Of a stretch of 64,000 bases of DNA, positions 38,015 through 51,300 are shown one piece after another (positions within the stretch are counted from its first letter, which is position 1; every line of letters starts with the position of its first letter). Origin of the DNA: Podarcis liolepis. Its lineage: Eukaryota. The notes under the pieces are model-generated. The model made no database searches. It saw only the letters and a program-made list of their open reading frames with translations, and was not told where the DNA came from. Location: NCBI GenBank assembly GCA_965112155.1, contig OZ218102.1; one strand, given 5' to 3'. A program made the translations under genes and the position numbers.

Positions 38015-40328
38015 TACTTCAGATAGTTCCACTGTTTAAAATGACACTTTCACATCCAGTTCAAAGACAACCGAGGATCCTATGCATGTTTACCCAGAAG
38101 TCCCCCTCTGTTCCTTAGAGTTTACACTCTTAGGAAATGTAGAATGTACAACACGTAGGCATACAAAAACCAGCCTTTAAAAAATCACACGCATTCTGCA
38201 TCAAGAGAAGCAGAACACATTCTGTAAAATGGGCATATTTTTGCACAATTCTGTTTGCATTAGTAATGGGACAGAGCAGGGAGCTAGGCAGGACGCTGAA
38301 GCTTTGCCCCCGGACCACGGAAAAGACCAATTATCCCCACATGCTTTCAAGAAAATTTCTGCAGCCACACAAAATGGGGAAATTGCTTTAAAAAGAAAAA
38401 GAAAATTGGGAATTCTCAGGATGCCGAGTGTGTATCCTGCGTCTCCCTTTTGTGGAAAATAACCAAACAGACCATATAAATATGGAAAACATATATAGAT
38501 AAGCAAAATAGATGTACTTGAATGGCATGCATGTGCCACTGTATTTTCTGCTTTCGGTACATATCCTATATGAACAGGAACAACCTTCAACGCCATCGCA
38601 TCAGCTCCAGCCTCAAAGAGGAGCAGCAGGAGGAGAGTAAGCAACGGCAGAGGATGTAATCGCATCCTATGCTCAGCTGAAAGGTTACACAGCAGCCTCA
38701 TTAATTCTAGAAAGTTTCTTTTTTTCTGAATGCCACAGCTTTACATGCTGCGGAAGACCAACACGCACAAGCAAATTACATAAGCAGTCCAATTATAAAC
38801 TTCCCTCTCCCCTCCGGAGGGCAGGTTCAGGGGTTATGTTGGGACAACTCCCGGGTGAAGATGGTGCAGATAGAACAGCGAGCTGCAGCGACAGCAGGAT
38901 GGCTGCTTGGTGCTATTACACACTTATTCTTTGTCTCACTCTCAGCTTCGCACCTTGCTGTGCGTAATGGACTTTGACAGCATGTATACTGTATGCTGTG
39001 GGTGGGCAAGAGCTGCCTGGTGACCTAGTCTTTGCAACCATGTCCTGGTCACCTGCATATGATTTGGCACTCAGGCGATGCACCGTCAAGACAAGGAATA
39101 GGATAGGAGGCAGCATCACTCCCATATGTGCCTGTAAGCCATTTCAAGGAGCATCTGTATGGTGGGAATTGCATCTGTTCCTCATAGACTGATATGAAGA
39201 ACCTTTCCATCAGTTCAGCTTACATTAATACGCAGAGAAAGGCAGGGTATTAACCATCCTTCACAGCTTCTCCAAAAACAAACAAACAAAAGATTTGATT
39301 CACTTTACTCACTATTAACATGACTATTTCATGCCTTCCTGTTTGTGGTATGAGGTTTCAAAGGCAGCTGGCAGTAACGTTAGTTATTTTGTCCACACAA
39401 GGCTGCAGAAGATAATCAAAGTGGTTTACTGGTACATATATATCATTTGAACTCTCAAGTCCTTGAAATGTGGGTTGACACCTGCAATTGCTATTAGCTT
39501 TCCAGACTTCCTATGTAGTTGTCATCTGATTAGACTTCAGAGTCAATAGTAAATACAGTGGTTTAAAAATATGTCATATGTTTTAGCTCTAGGCACAATA
39601 AAACCCAGGTATTAGAATATCTCTTTAACAGGATAGTTCTGGGAGTTAAGATGAGGGGGACTGGGCATGAAGGATTTCAAAGATTTGTAATCAGGCGCTA
39701 ATGCAGCTACTGTGGGGGCACGCTAGCCGGGGATTTTTGCCCTGGTGAAGCCTTCAGAGGGGCACCATTGAGGCGCCCAGCCTGTGTGTGCACACACAAG
39801 TGTGTGTGTGTGTGTGTGTGCGTGCGCGCCAAGTGTAATAAAGCCTAGATTCACTCGTCAAATGCATAGACCTAATTTAGAAAATGAAGCAGAACTATTT
39901 CTATTCCTTTGCTATATGAATTAGGGAAAATACACTTTACCAGTATAATCGTATACTTGCTTAATCAGAAGTCAGTCACACTGCATTCAATAGAGCTTAC
40001 TCACAAGTGAATAGGCATATACATCTAGGGTATCTAGTATTCTCATTTCAATGAGCAGCTTTCACAGTTAGATCTAGTATTGGTGTGACATTTTGCAGTT
40101 ATGTCCGTGGAAAAGTCCAGGTTACAGGATCCAGGTATTCAATAGGATCTAGCAAGTTGTTATCTCACTTCACTTTTTACCTCACTTAAAATAAAAATAA
40201 GATGCATTTGCTTAAATCTAACAACACAAAGGAAAAGATAAAGTGGAAAGTATGCTATATAATGCATCTGAATGAATTAAGTATGAGAAATTTAAAAACC
40301 AGCAGGACTAATATCGCTGCTATACAGT

Positions 40329-40466
40329 AATCCATTATATACAAGATGCTAGAAAGTCTAACAAGATGCTAGAAAGTATAACAATCTATTTAAAAAAATC
40401 CATTATATACAAGATGCTAGAAAGTCTAACAAGATGCTAGAAAGTCTAACAATCTATTAAAAAAAA
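40329..40466. repeat. Hierarchical tandem repeat (2 x ~68 bp, each containing 2 x 20 bp)
   Basis: acaagatgctagaaagt(c/a)ta occurs four times inside two aatccattatat...acaatctatt-A-run units. Confidence 0.85.
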
Positions 40467-40734
40467 GAATGTCAGTAGGGACAGGGAACAGGGGAGGCCA
40501 TTGAAATATATATATATTAATATTTATTGGTCATCTTTGGGAGTAAAAACTCAATTGAGTTTCCATAATAAGATAACCAAAGTTTTTTTGTTTTGTTTTG
40601 TTTTTAAGTTATAAAACCAGCAATAACAAAAACATACATCAATATAGGAGTGTTTGTGTAAGAGAGAATGTGTGGGAATATGCATACGTGTGTGTGTGTT
40701 TATATATTTGTAAATTAGACACTGTGTGTATGTG

Positions 40735-40736
<2 letters not shown>

Positions 40737-40780
<44 letters not shown>
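40737..40780. repeat. (TG)n microsatellite
   Basis: ~22 units. Confidence 0.95.
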
Positions 40781-40783
<3 letters not shown>

Positions 40784-43700
40784 TTGTGTTCTTGAAGAGG
40801 TACATGACGTAATGCCTGTAATCTTTTCTGATTTGGCTCAAGATGCTACTGTGACTCAGAATTCATCAGAGGAAACAGAGTGTACATGTTCATTTCCACT
40901 GAAACAGTAGAGGCATATAATCCTAGGAGATTTAAGTCCTGTAATTAATATAAAGGTGGAACAGGAAAAGAATTTGAGGGCAAGTCCAATCAAAAGGCAG
41001 ATACATCTGCCAAAAATATATACACCAGCTTACAATTGTTTATGGGGATGTCAGTGTTTTGAACTTTTGTCTTAATTGTTTCCCAGACTGTGGCACACAG
41101 ATCTAGTTAGTGTGAATATATGTGCTAGTTAACATGGTTGTGCTCTACACTAGTTCCCAATTTTGAGCCTTTCCACATTAGCAAATGTTGGCTCTGGGAC
41201 ACAGTGTTAACTTTAAAGTATTTACTTGGAGTTGCTTTTTTAAAAAGTGGCTGTCCTTAACTGCCTAAATATATGCTAAATGCATTGGGTTGGATCCAGA
41301 GGAAGTTAGTTATGCACTACTCATAACAACTTGAGTCCCACTGATTTTGGAAGAACTAAAGCACAACTAACTTCCTCTGGATCCAACCATTGATGACTTG
41401 CTAGATGTGCACGTTAAGATCATCATTTTCCATAGATGAAAGGAGCCTGCTGCAACTTCATTACTCCTCTCAAATTCAATGCATTTCTAAGGAAAGCATT
41501 GCATTAATGGTATGTCAGACAAAGAAAAGATGGGGGGAAATTAAGACAATTAATGGGAAATTAATGTTATCTGTCCTCTCAGGATTCATTTTCTTATTGC
41601 ACCTAACAAAACAGACAGCTAGAGAAGGACAAGAATAGAGGGGCAAGTAATGTCATAGTAAAGGAAACACACAGAATATATACATACTTTGAAAGACACT
41701 AGAAAAAAGGCATTATATGCAGGCATGTTTCGCATAATCAAAAAATGAGGTTTTAGGATGTCCATCTTTCCTAAACAATGCTTAGCTAAACCTGAAAGGC
41801 ACATTCTCGTGCATTTATTCTTTTAAGACACCAAAAAGGTAACGGAAGTGTGAAGTCCAATTTAATGCAACAAAAGTGGCAGATAATGCTACATACTGTA
41901 GGAGGAACAGGAAATAATGGGCTAAATTACTAAACCACAGGTACACATTCTCTGACTGCATACTGAAGATTTCAGAGTCTGAAATCGAAATAAGGAAAAG
42001 ATTTCCTGGATTTCAAGATCTTTCACATTCAGCCGCATCTGAAATGGTCTTTCAAAAGTCCCAGGTCTGCATGAAACAAAATTATGGCTCAATCTGCTTT
42101 TGTTACTGTGTCTTTGATGCTCTGGGAGAAGGGTTCTCTGTCGGCCCTTGGATTATTCATAAGCAGAGCAAACAATTTTGCTGAACGAATTTATAAGCTT
42201 GCCATAATCATGAGCTTTTAAGCAATCCTGGTGGTGTTTTTTTGTTTTGTTTTGTTTTTGGATTTGCTCCATCAAAACACAGCTTGTCAACCTTGCGAAC
42301 AGTTCCTGGCATGTTCTTAATCCAAACGGTCAGAGCTTTGCTATGAGCAGCTGCTTCCATTTTAAGAACCTGCCTTATATACCAAGTCAGTCCATTGGTC
42401 CATCTGGCTCAATTACGCTCACACTGACTGGCAGCAGCCCTCAGACAAGGAGACTGTCTCTTCCGGCTCTACCTCCTGGAGATGTCAGGGATATTTCCTG
42501 TCCAGTTCCTCTCCTCTCACTAAAAAGGCTGGTATAATACTTGGAAGAGAGAGGACTCATTCTCTTACTTTCCAATGGTTTGACATTTTCACCACCCTCT
42601 CGCCTTAAATGCAGAACTGTTCAGTGCTGAGCAGAGGGAGAGGGATTAGCTTCCAACATTTTACACCTACCATCCTAACCTCTCCCGTATTCTGTTCCTC
42701 CTCACCATAAGCTTGGCATAGGTAAACAGACTGAACTTTCAATCATAATAATTTATGACAAGTTGCTCACCTACACAAGGAAGTGCCCAAGACTTCCAAG
42801 CAGGCATCTGATGCCCGTTGGCGAGTGGGACACTACAATCATATTGTCGGCATAAATTCAAAGTAGCCTAAGAGAAAACAGGTAGGAAATGAAGCCCTTC
42901 TAAATTGACTACTATACTATCGATATAAATGTCAAATGGAAAAAGAGCAATAACTCAAGCTGCCGCCTCCTCCTATGGAAAAAGATACGCCATCTGTAAA
43001 TAATCCCTTTTGACCGTATCATGGGAGGGAAATTTCTTGCAACAGGTCTGGGGTATAGTTGAACTATCAACAGAAGCAGGGCTATGGAATGGAGGAGGAT
43101 CATATGCAGTGGGAGAGGGAGCCCCTTCCACGCACCACCCATGATTGTACTAGTAGCAGATGGTTGGGGCTTCCGGTCCCACCTGCCTTAATGGAGGTAG
43201 CTCCCATGACAGTGGGGGGGATTGTTGGTGAACAGAAAGCAAGGATGACAGAGGGTAAATCACCCTTGCAAATCCCCCCCAGGGACTGGGGGGAATGGGC
43301 TTCACTCACAGTTTGTCTCGGTACCTGGCTCTTGCTCCGGCATAAAATGTGGGAGGGAGGTGCCGAGTGCAAAAGCACTTTGCCTGGGGAAAAGCCTCCT
43401 ACGCCGCCATTAAGGAACAGAGGTTCTCTGGTTAATTGGCTCTTTAAAGGACTTTAAAGTACCAGTGCATGATGGAAAACGGTTGCAGCAGCACATTATG
43501 GAACATATCAGCTACATACATTCTAAAAAAATGTTTAGGGGGACTCTCATTTTCCTACTCATATTGAAATACTGCCCCTCAATGAGGGCAAACTTAGATT
43601 CACAAAATGTTTAGGGGTATGCATCCCCCCAGAAAAAAAGTGCTGGCTACATGGATCAAAGGTTTGAATCGAGATAAGATTTTATTCAATGTGAGAGTCA

Positions 43701-44324
43701 GTTGGGAGGAGGGAAGCCCACGGTTTGTTTATTCCAAGTTTCTTTTATATATTTATGATTCAGCAACCCTCTCCGGAATACAAAACAAAAAGATATTTAC
43801 AAGTGAGGAAGGGACATTGGAGTAATATTGATATGAACTGTGGGAAAACTGTGTGTGATCTGAAATGAAGAAAGGAGGGGAAGCTCAAGTATGACTGTTG
43901 GAAAGACAGCATAATTCCCCTCACCTCTGATACAAAACAAAAGACAAGGAAAAAGAGACTGAGATTTGTTTGTGCTACTGATGGAAAGCAATCCAAAATA
44001 ATGTTTAATTGGGTCATAAATCTCTAGCTGAAGGAAAAGAATTTGGGGGCTGTGATAAGAATGCTGCAGAGATTCTGGGAGTTGGAAAGGAGTATTAAAG
44101 TGTGTTCGAAAACTGCCCACCTTTTCCTAGGCTAAGGGGGAAATGATGAAGATCTGTGACATGTTTTACTAGTGAGACAGAATGGTTTATAGCAGACAGT
44201 CGCCTGTTCTGAGACATTGAAGCAAGGGATGGAGAGACAAGACCTCTGAAAAACTTCAAGATTCAGTTCCTCTCGAAGTCACGATTGGAGAAAACAACAG
44301 CTAGGAAGTGAAAGAGACACCATA

Positions 44325-44550
44325 CAGTGGTACCTTGGTTTACAAACTTAAACCGTACTGGAAGTCCGTTCTTAAACCAAGGCGTGCTTTCCCATAGCAG
44401 CAGGGGACTCAATTTACAAATGGAACACACTCAACAGGAAGCGAAACATGTTCTTATTCCAAGGCAAAGTTTGCAAACCAAAACACCTACTTCCGGGTTT
44501 GCAGCGTTCTTAATCCAAGTTGTTCATAAACTAAGCTGTTCTTACCACTG
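44325..44550. mobile_element. Tc1/mariner MITE (related TIR, different interior)
   Basis: TA-CAGTGGTA...TACCACTG-TA. Confidence 0.75.
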
Positions 44551-47500
44551 TATATGGACAGAAAGAATCTCCATGAACATAACAGTTCTCACACACAGGG
44601 CAGAATGAAGATAATAGTTTGAGTTCCTCACTTGAAGCTATAGATTTACATATTGTAACATGAGAAATGGAAATCATTAAATATGTAGCTGTTGACTAAG
44701 GGATTATTGTTATAACTGAAATGTAATTGACATGGAACGCAGTGATATAAGATCGGAAATGCACCCAAACCATCATGCAGGAGCCACTTTAACTAAAATT
44801 GGAAGTTGATTGGCATTTTGATAATTATATAATTTAGGAATTAATTGTTATTGTTATAATTTGGCTGTTATTGGGGGTATATTGGAAAATAATTATTAAA
44901 ATATAGATATATAAGTAATGAATGGTGGGGTGGGGAGTGGTGGTGGTTCTTATTTGACCTTCTGCGAACAGGAAGGTCAGCACTGTGCAAACATACCAGC
45001 AGGAACACGATGTTGGCTCCACCAGGGTGCTCGCACAGCGCCACCTTCCTTGTTGCCTTGCGCCTCCCACTCTCACTTCCCGCAAGCTTCTCGCTTCCCG
45101 CAAGCAGCGACTCCACCATTTGACTGTACCAGTCTTTAACTATGCTGCCAGTGTAAGTTTGCTGGCAGAGCTATTCCAGCTCTGCCAACAGAGCACTATG
45201 CCAGCAATCTGTTCCACAAGATGGAGATGCACCACTGGCCAGCACAGCAGGTACCTGCAGGTCAAGTCCTTCAGCTACTGGACCTCAATTATAAGATTGT
45301 GCTTTTAATACAACGTATTATTTTCTCAGTGGCTAACTGGAGCCACCCAGTTGTGTCACTCAAGTAAAACATATATACAGTATTCAGATGTAAATTTAAT
45401 ATTGATTAATTGTTTTAAATGGTCATTGTCATTGTTTTTATGTTTTTAAGTTGGTGGATTTGTTTCAATCTGCTCCTAATATAATTTGCCACATTTGTAA
45501 TTGGATTTGTTGTTTTTCAGAGATTAATGCAAGTTCCCTTGAGTGCTACAATACAATGGTCCTATATAAACTAAATTAAAAAAATGTATTAAAAAATAGC
45601 GTAATAAATGTTTTTAACAAAAGTCTAAGTACATTAAACCTCTATTAAAAGACTTACTATTTTCATGGATCTAGACATCTCTCCTTATAACTTGTTTGCC
45701 CTAGATCTGATCAAAATCATTTTTCCTTTATAAAAGTTCCTCTAAAGTTTCTGATTTTAATACCGTTAAAATTTTAACAAACATTTTGTTGTCTTCATTG
45801 CATTATGCTTAGTACTGGAAGTATTATTCACTGCAAAGGTCCTGGTGTGCCTGTTAATTTATAACAATAAATAAAAATACAATAAAATACTCTCTGTGAG
45901 AGAACATATACAAAGAATTGTACATGGCTTTTATACATAGGATTTGAACACAACTGCATTTTAAAATAATATTTTCTAATAATGATTCGTTCCCAATGCA
46001 TTGGTTAAAATCAGTGGCAATTGTTTCCCTGTAATATGCTTAGGACTGACGTTCTGCTAGTCTGTCTATATTATAAGAATAGTTATCTCAGCTACTGGAT
46101 GGTCAAGAGACAATCTGGTAAACCTGATCCCATAAATTAAAAAGGCATATTCGTGCAAGGCATGGGGGTAAGTGCTAGATCCAAGAGAAGTCTTTGAATT
46201 AGCTATATTTTTAAAAGTTCTGTTCCTTTCTAACATATAGGTGCTTGGAAATCCATTTGTTGTATCGGCTGCCCAGTAATGAGTTAACTCCCTGCTATTT
46301 GAACCCTCAAAGAGCTAAGGCTGAACCCTGCAGCCTGACTAGTATCAAAAGAACAAAAGAATATGTGGGAAGACATTTGTGTGAGGAATTCCTATAGCTG
46401 ACCCCAAGTTATGTGCCCCACTATTTGAACCTAATTCACATCTTCAAATACACCACTCAGCGGTTTAGTTCCAAGATAAAAAGGATGTTTGTTGCTTGCT
46501 TTGAATAACCTTTGGGGTTTAGGATTTTCTTTCCTGTCACTACATTCCTTTAGGTTCAGTTTGAAAACTGTAGGTAACAAGGCTGAATTTTGATCCAGAA
46601 TATTTGTTAACTCTCATTGTCCTTAAGTGATTTTGGCCAACATTTCAGCTATTCTTCAGCCATAGGTGACCTTGTACTGAATGTCAATTTTTTAATGTAT
46701 AAATGAGAAACTCACTGTGGTGCATTATAATAGGAACACAGTCATGTGTAAGCTACTCCACATATAGTGAGGTCCCACTAGCCTGCTCTTTCAGGTATAT
46801 TCAAGTCCCACACATAAAAGCCATACAGTATTCTTTGTAGATAGTCCTTTGAGGAGTACAGCTCCTTCAAGACAGTTAGCTGGGAAAGAAAAGCAACAAT
46901 GGAAATGCCATATGTGCTGGATTCATTCATGATCAAACTCCAAAATAATTAAAGAAGATAAGGTTCTATATACAGCTAGAAGCTCATTTGCAGATTAATT
47001 TTAATTAACAGAAATGGACTGAAATGTCCACAAAGAAGTTGTCCAACAGAAGTTGTAAGTTGAATATTTGTTGTTGTTGTTGTTTAAAAAGGTTATAAGT
47101 TAAAGTCCACATCCCAAAATATTTATACCCGTGAGTACTAGTTATTCAGATTTACACAACTTTCCTCCAACCAAAAAATTGTACCCAATGCTTAACAGTT
47201 TTATTATTAACCTGTAATCAATCAGATACTTCTAGACCTGATTGCATGTGTAATTACCATTTGTCAGATACAATTTGCCTGATAAACATGTCAGAACACT
47301 TGCTGCTTAGTCTGTTTCAACAGGTAAATGCTGCCTTTCCACAGCCTCCGGGCGTAATTAACAGAGGGGAAAAAAGGCTGTTATAAAAACACACAGAAGC
47401 TGATTCACTGAGCCAGGAGTTCACAGCATGCAACCTGCCAAGGCCTATTTCATGGCCCTCCATGCTTGCCTGAGCACTTATTGAGTTCCAGCCTGCTGTG

Positions 47501-48353
47501 ACAGGGCAGTGGTGGCAAGCTCTGAAGGACGACAATGTTTGATGGGGGGGGGGCGGGATTTCCACATGAACTTCAGGAAGGGACAGGACTAGGCCTCTAA
47601 TGAATTCTTTGAAAGAATGGATGATAATATCAGCTAGTCCCCCTCTAGAAGCAAAGGAAGCACATGTTAAAGCAGAACCATTTTCAAGGGGCAGAAAACA
47701 TGTATGTTTGGCACTCCAATCCTAAACTCAGGTGCTTGTACAACTATGCACACCCATTCCCCTCTGTGTTTGTTAGTGGGACATGGTTTTCAGCCGCTTA
47801 ACTTAACATAATAAAGGAGGATAAAAATTGCCCATTGGTTGTGGGGTGAATCCATCCTTTGCATGCAAAAGGGAGGTGCACGTTCAGGGGTAACTAAATG
47901 CACACCAAAGTTGAGATCCAAGGCACACTTTTATTTGGAAGCAAGCTCCATTATAATAAACGGGGCTTTACTTGCAGTGCTCAGGGTTAAGCATGCTGTT
48001 TTCCTTGGCAGATAACCGGGACTCATCAGGGTAGGGAAGATTTGGGCCTCAGCCCAACAAAGCTTGTAAAAGTGTATAGCCCTGCACTATGGGGAGCGAG
48101 GAAAGAAATCCCTACCTGACCTCTGGATAACCCAAACAGGAGATTAGCCCATTTCCAAGCAAAGTAAGTTGTCACACTGTTAGGCCAATTGCTTCTATTG
48201 ACATTTTGCATAAACATCTTACACAGGATGACCAGAAAGGACTGTTATGCCATTAACGTCTCCCCCCCCCCCTTTCGCTCTTTTTTCTTTCTTTCTTTTT
48301 TAATACCTAAGCTTTTACAGAATAAAGGCCTTTCTGAATTAGGGATAACAAAA

Positions 48354-48367
48354 GGGTCAAAAGGTCA
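48354..48367 (+). promoter_or_regulatory. Perfect DR2 element GGGTCA-aa-AGGTCA in the EXOC6 intron
   Basis: Direct motif match; function untested. Confidence 0.45.
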
Positions 48368-51300
48368 CAAACATTCTTTTAAGTAGGTACAAATCTAGAA
48401 AGTTTAAATTCATTGGAAAGTGCAAATTAGACCTTTTTTAAAAAAAGTACAAAACTCGGCACATACCCTAGATTGTTGAAAGAACCCATCAATTCAGCTT
48501 ACTTTAACTTCGATGACATGAATACTTATGTCAAAAACTTTAGGTTACCGTAGACTGCATTTTTATTATTTACTTTAAAATATTCAAAGCTATTCACATA
48601 CTCTTTAAGAAAAAAGGAAAAAGGAAAAGGCCAAATTGCTCCACTTGCTTAACGGAACAGATAAGTTGTCACCATTCATGAAGTACTGGCCCCTACACAT
48701 AAAATGTTAAAAAATAAATCAAACCAAAAGATAGCATTAAAAAATAAAAGAAAACCCTGTTCACTAACACAGCGGTATAGTGTTCTGCATAAGACACACA
48801 AAATATTTTATAATCTTGTTAGTTTTATTTTGGCTTTGATCAGAGATGGAAACAATCTCTTTTTAATAGTATGAAAGCCTCCCGCTGGGAACTGCAGATT
48901 ACAGCTAATTGCTAAATTCTTTGAAATTCAGCTATAATTGATTGTGACCTTCTTAATTAAAAACCTAAAAGGCTGGCCAACGTTTCCTCCTAAAGTAACC
49001 CCTGCTAAACATATGCAATTGTGAACTATGTTCGCTATGAGACTTTATGTCTTTATATGCAAGACAATTATATATATTTTTTGGCCAACAACGAATATGA
49101 CTAGCATCCTTGCTTTAATCAGAAAACATTTCAGAGCCATTACATACAGAATTTGACAGAGAACTGAATATGGGATTACCGCTGTCTCAAACATGGCACA
49201 ACACAAACCCATTCAAAACTGTAATAAATGGACAAACAAATCAGCAGCACTCAAGTAAAAGAGTCTTTCAACTACCTGTTGAGCCCTGTAGGTTTAGATT
49301 GCTAAATGTTTCAGAATATTTATATACCATTTACTAACCAAGGTTCTTGAGGCATCTGACAACAAAAACAGACAAGGGTTACTAGAGAGGGGCAAAGGCA
49401 TTCATAAGATTTCAGATGTTCCAGCTGCTGTTCTGCACTGGAAGCTCTGGGTCACTGCAGATTTCAGAGGAAATGGCTGCTGGAGCAGAACCTCCGGTCC
49501 AGGGGATTTGGCTCTCCAAACCTCTCTATCTGGCCCTTGGGATACCTCCCCAAGTCATATTCCCCACTGGTACATTTTCACATTCTCCTTGAGGAAAATC
49601 TGAGGTAGCTTGCCCATGCAAAGACATACCTGTTAACCTGACTGCCTTATGACAGGTGTGGGGAGCTTCTGGTCCTCCATATGTTGCTAAACTCAAACTC
49701 CCATCATCCCTGGCCAATGGCTGTACTTACTGCAGCTGGTGGATGTTCAGCAACATCTGGAGGGCTAAAGGTTCCTCATTCATGCCTTAGAAGGAAGGGC
49801 AGGCAAGAAATGTAAATGAGTAAAAGGAACGAGTCCCTCCCTCTCCAAAGGAACAGGTCTATGGGATGATGAAGATAATGTTTTAGAAAAAGGGAGAAAG
49901 GGGGTATGTGTGTTCTGTCCAGTTTCTTCATTGTTTCCTTATGTACGTTCAGATACATCAGTCTTACTAAAATCCAGATATTCTCCCTGACAATATGTAA
50001 TTTATAACAAGGACAAATTGTTCCTATGCATAAAGCACAACTAAAACAATGTTAATTGGGGTGGGATACGTCAAATGTATCAGGAGGGATGTATTTTCAA
50101 AGATATATTTCATCAGACTTTGTAGTTTCATCTTAAGTGTCAATAGAGTCTTAAACTAATCTGCTAAACACTGTGAGGTACATTAGCTATAAATATGAGA
50201 ACAGGACAATCACATTAACAGGAATGCATTTTTTAAAAAAATAATAATAATTCAATAGTAAAATCTATTTAGATACTGCAATTAAGGATAAAGTCTGAAC
50301 ATTAACAATAGATTGCCCTTACTTTCCTTTTAAGATATGTACATCTGTTTCAAATTGACATCCTTAAGTGAAGATATTAGCTGTCACTATAATGGGGATA
50401 TAATCTCTCACACATTTGTAAGTGTATATAAATACATAAACTCAGGGGTTATGACAGCTGAACCACAGGGAATTGTTCTGCTCTGAAAAAGTCAAAAGTT
50501 ATTTGGGTTCATACTAATCCTTAACAACCTAAATTCCCCCCAAGGGCAGAGTGCTTTCTTTAAATCTAGACCTTGGGGTAAATTCTGAGAGATGCCTGGT
50601 CTTGTTATATTATATACTGCTAATTCCTTAGGACTTCAAATGAACTGAGGACCGTATGCAAGGGGTGGGGGAGAATGCAGGATGTTAGGTAGGAATTGTG
50701 CAAACAAGGCGGTTGCTCTGCTAGAATACCCAGAAAATATTTTGATGCTACAACTTTTGCTAATCCTGTTTTAGAAGTCAAGCATTATAATTTTTTTCTA
50801 AAGAAAGGTCATAGAAAGTCGCAAGGTTGATAAAATCGAGTAAGGCAGGCACCACTTATGCTATAGCAACCCTGAATACAAACACAAAGAAACATTGTTT
50901 AATTGTAGTGCCTCCTTTCTCATCATTAAAGAATAAGCTGGACCGGTGGCAAAAGAACTGTCTTTTTGAGTTTACAGCTTGAAAAGGAGCCGTCTGGCAG
51001 ACAGTTTTCAAAGGGCAAGGGGTCTGGACAAGTTGTTTCTGTGTAGCCCGTTAGCCTGTACACAGAGTCCTTTTGCACAAAGCAACAAAACAATTTTAGA
51101 GGTAAAAGTTGGTTGGATTAGTGGTGTTTTAGGTCACCATTTTCCAGAACTTACAACGCAATGTTTAAAACAGTGCATGGACAAATTCCAAACATATTTC
51201 ACTCTCCACTCATCAGAAGAGTTGCAATAATCCACAACTGTTGGGGAGGGGAAATGTTGCTGCAAAGTCACATCTTTATTTAATTTTGTGTTAATTAATA

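Noticed and set aside
38201-38701. 166-aa ORF with a Leu-rich signal-peptide-like start
   Set aside because: The Leu run comes from a low-complexity CTG/CTC tract; no recognisable domain or exon structure.
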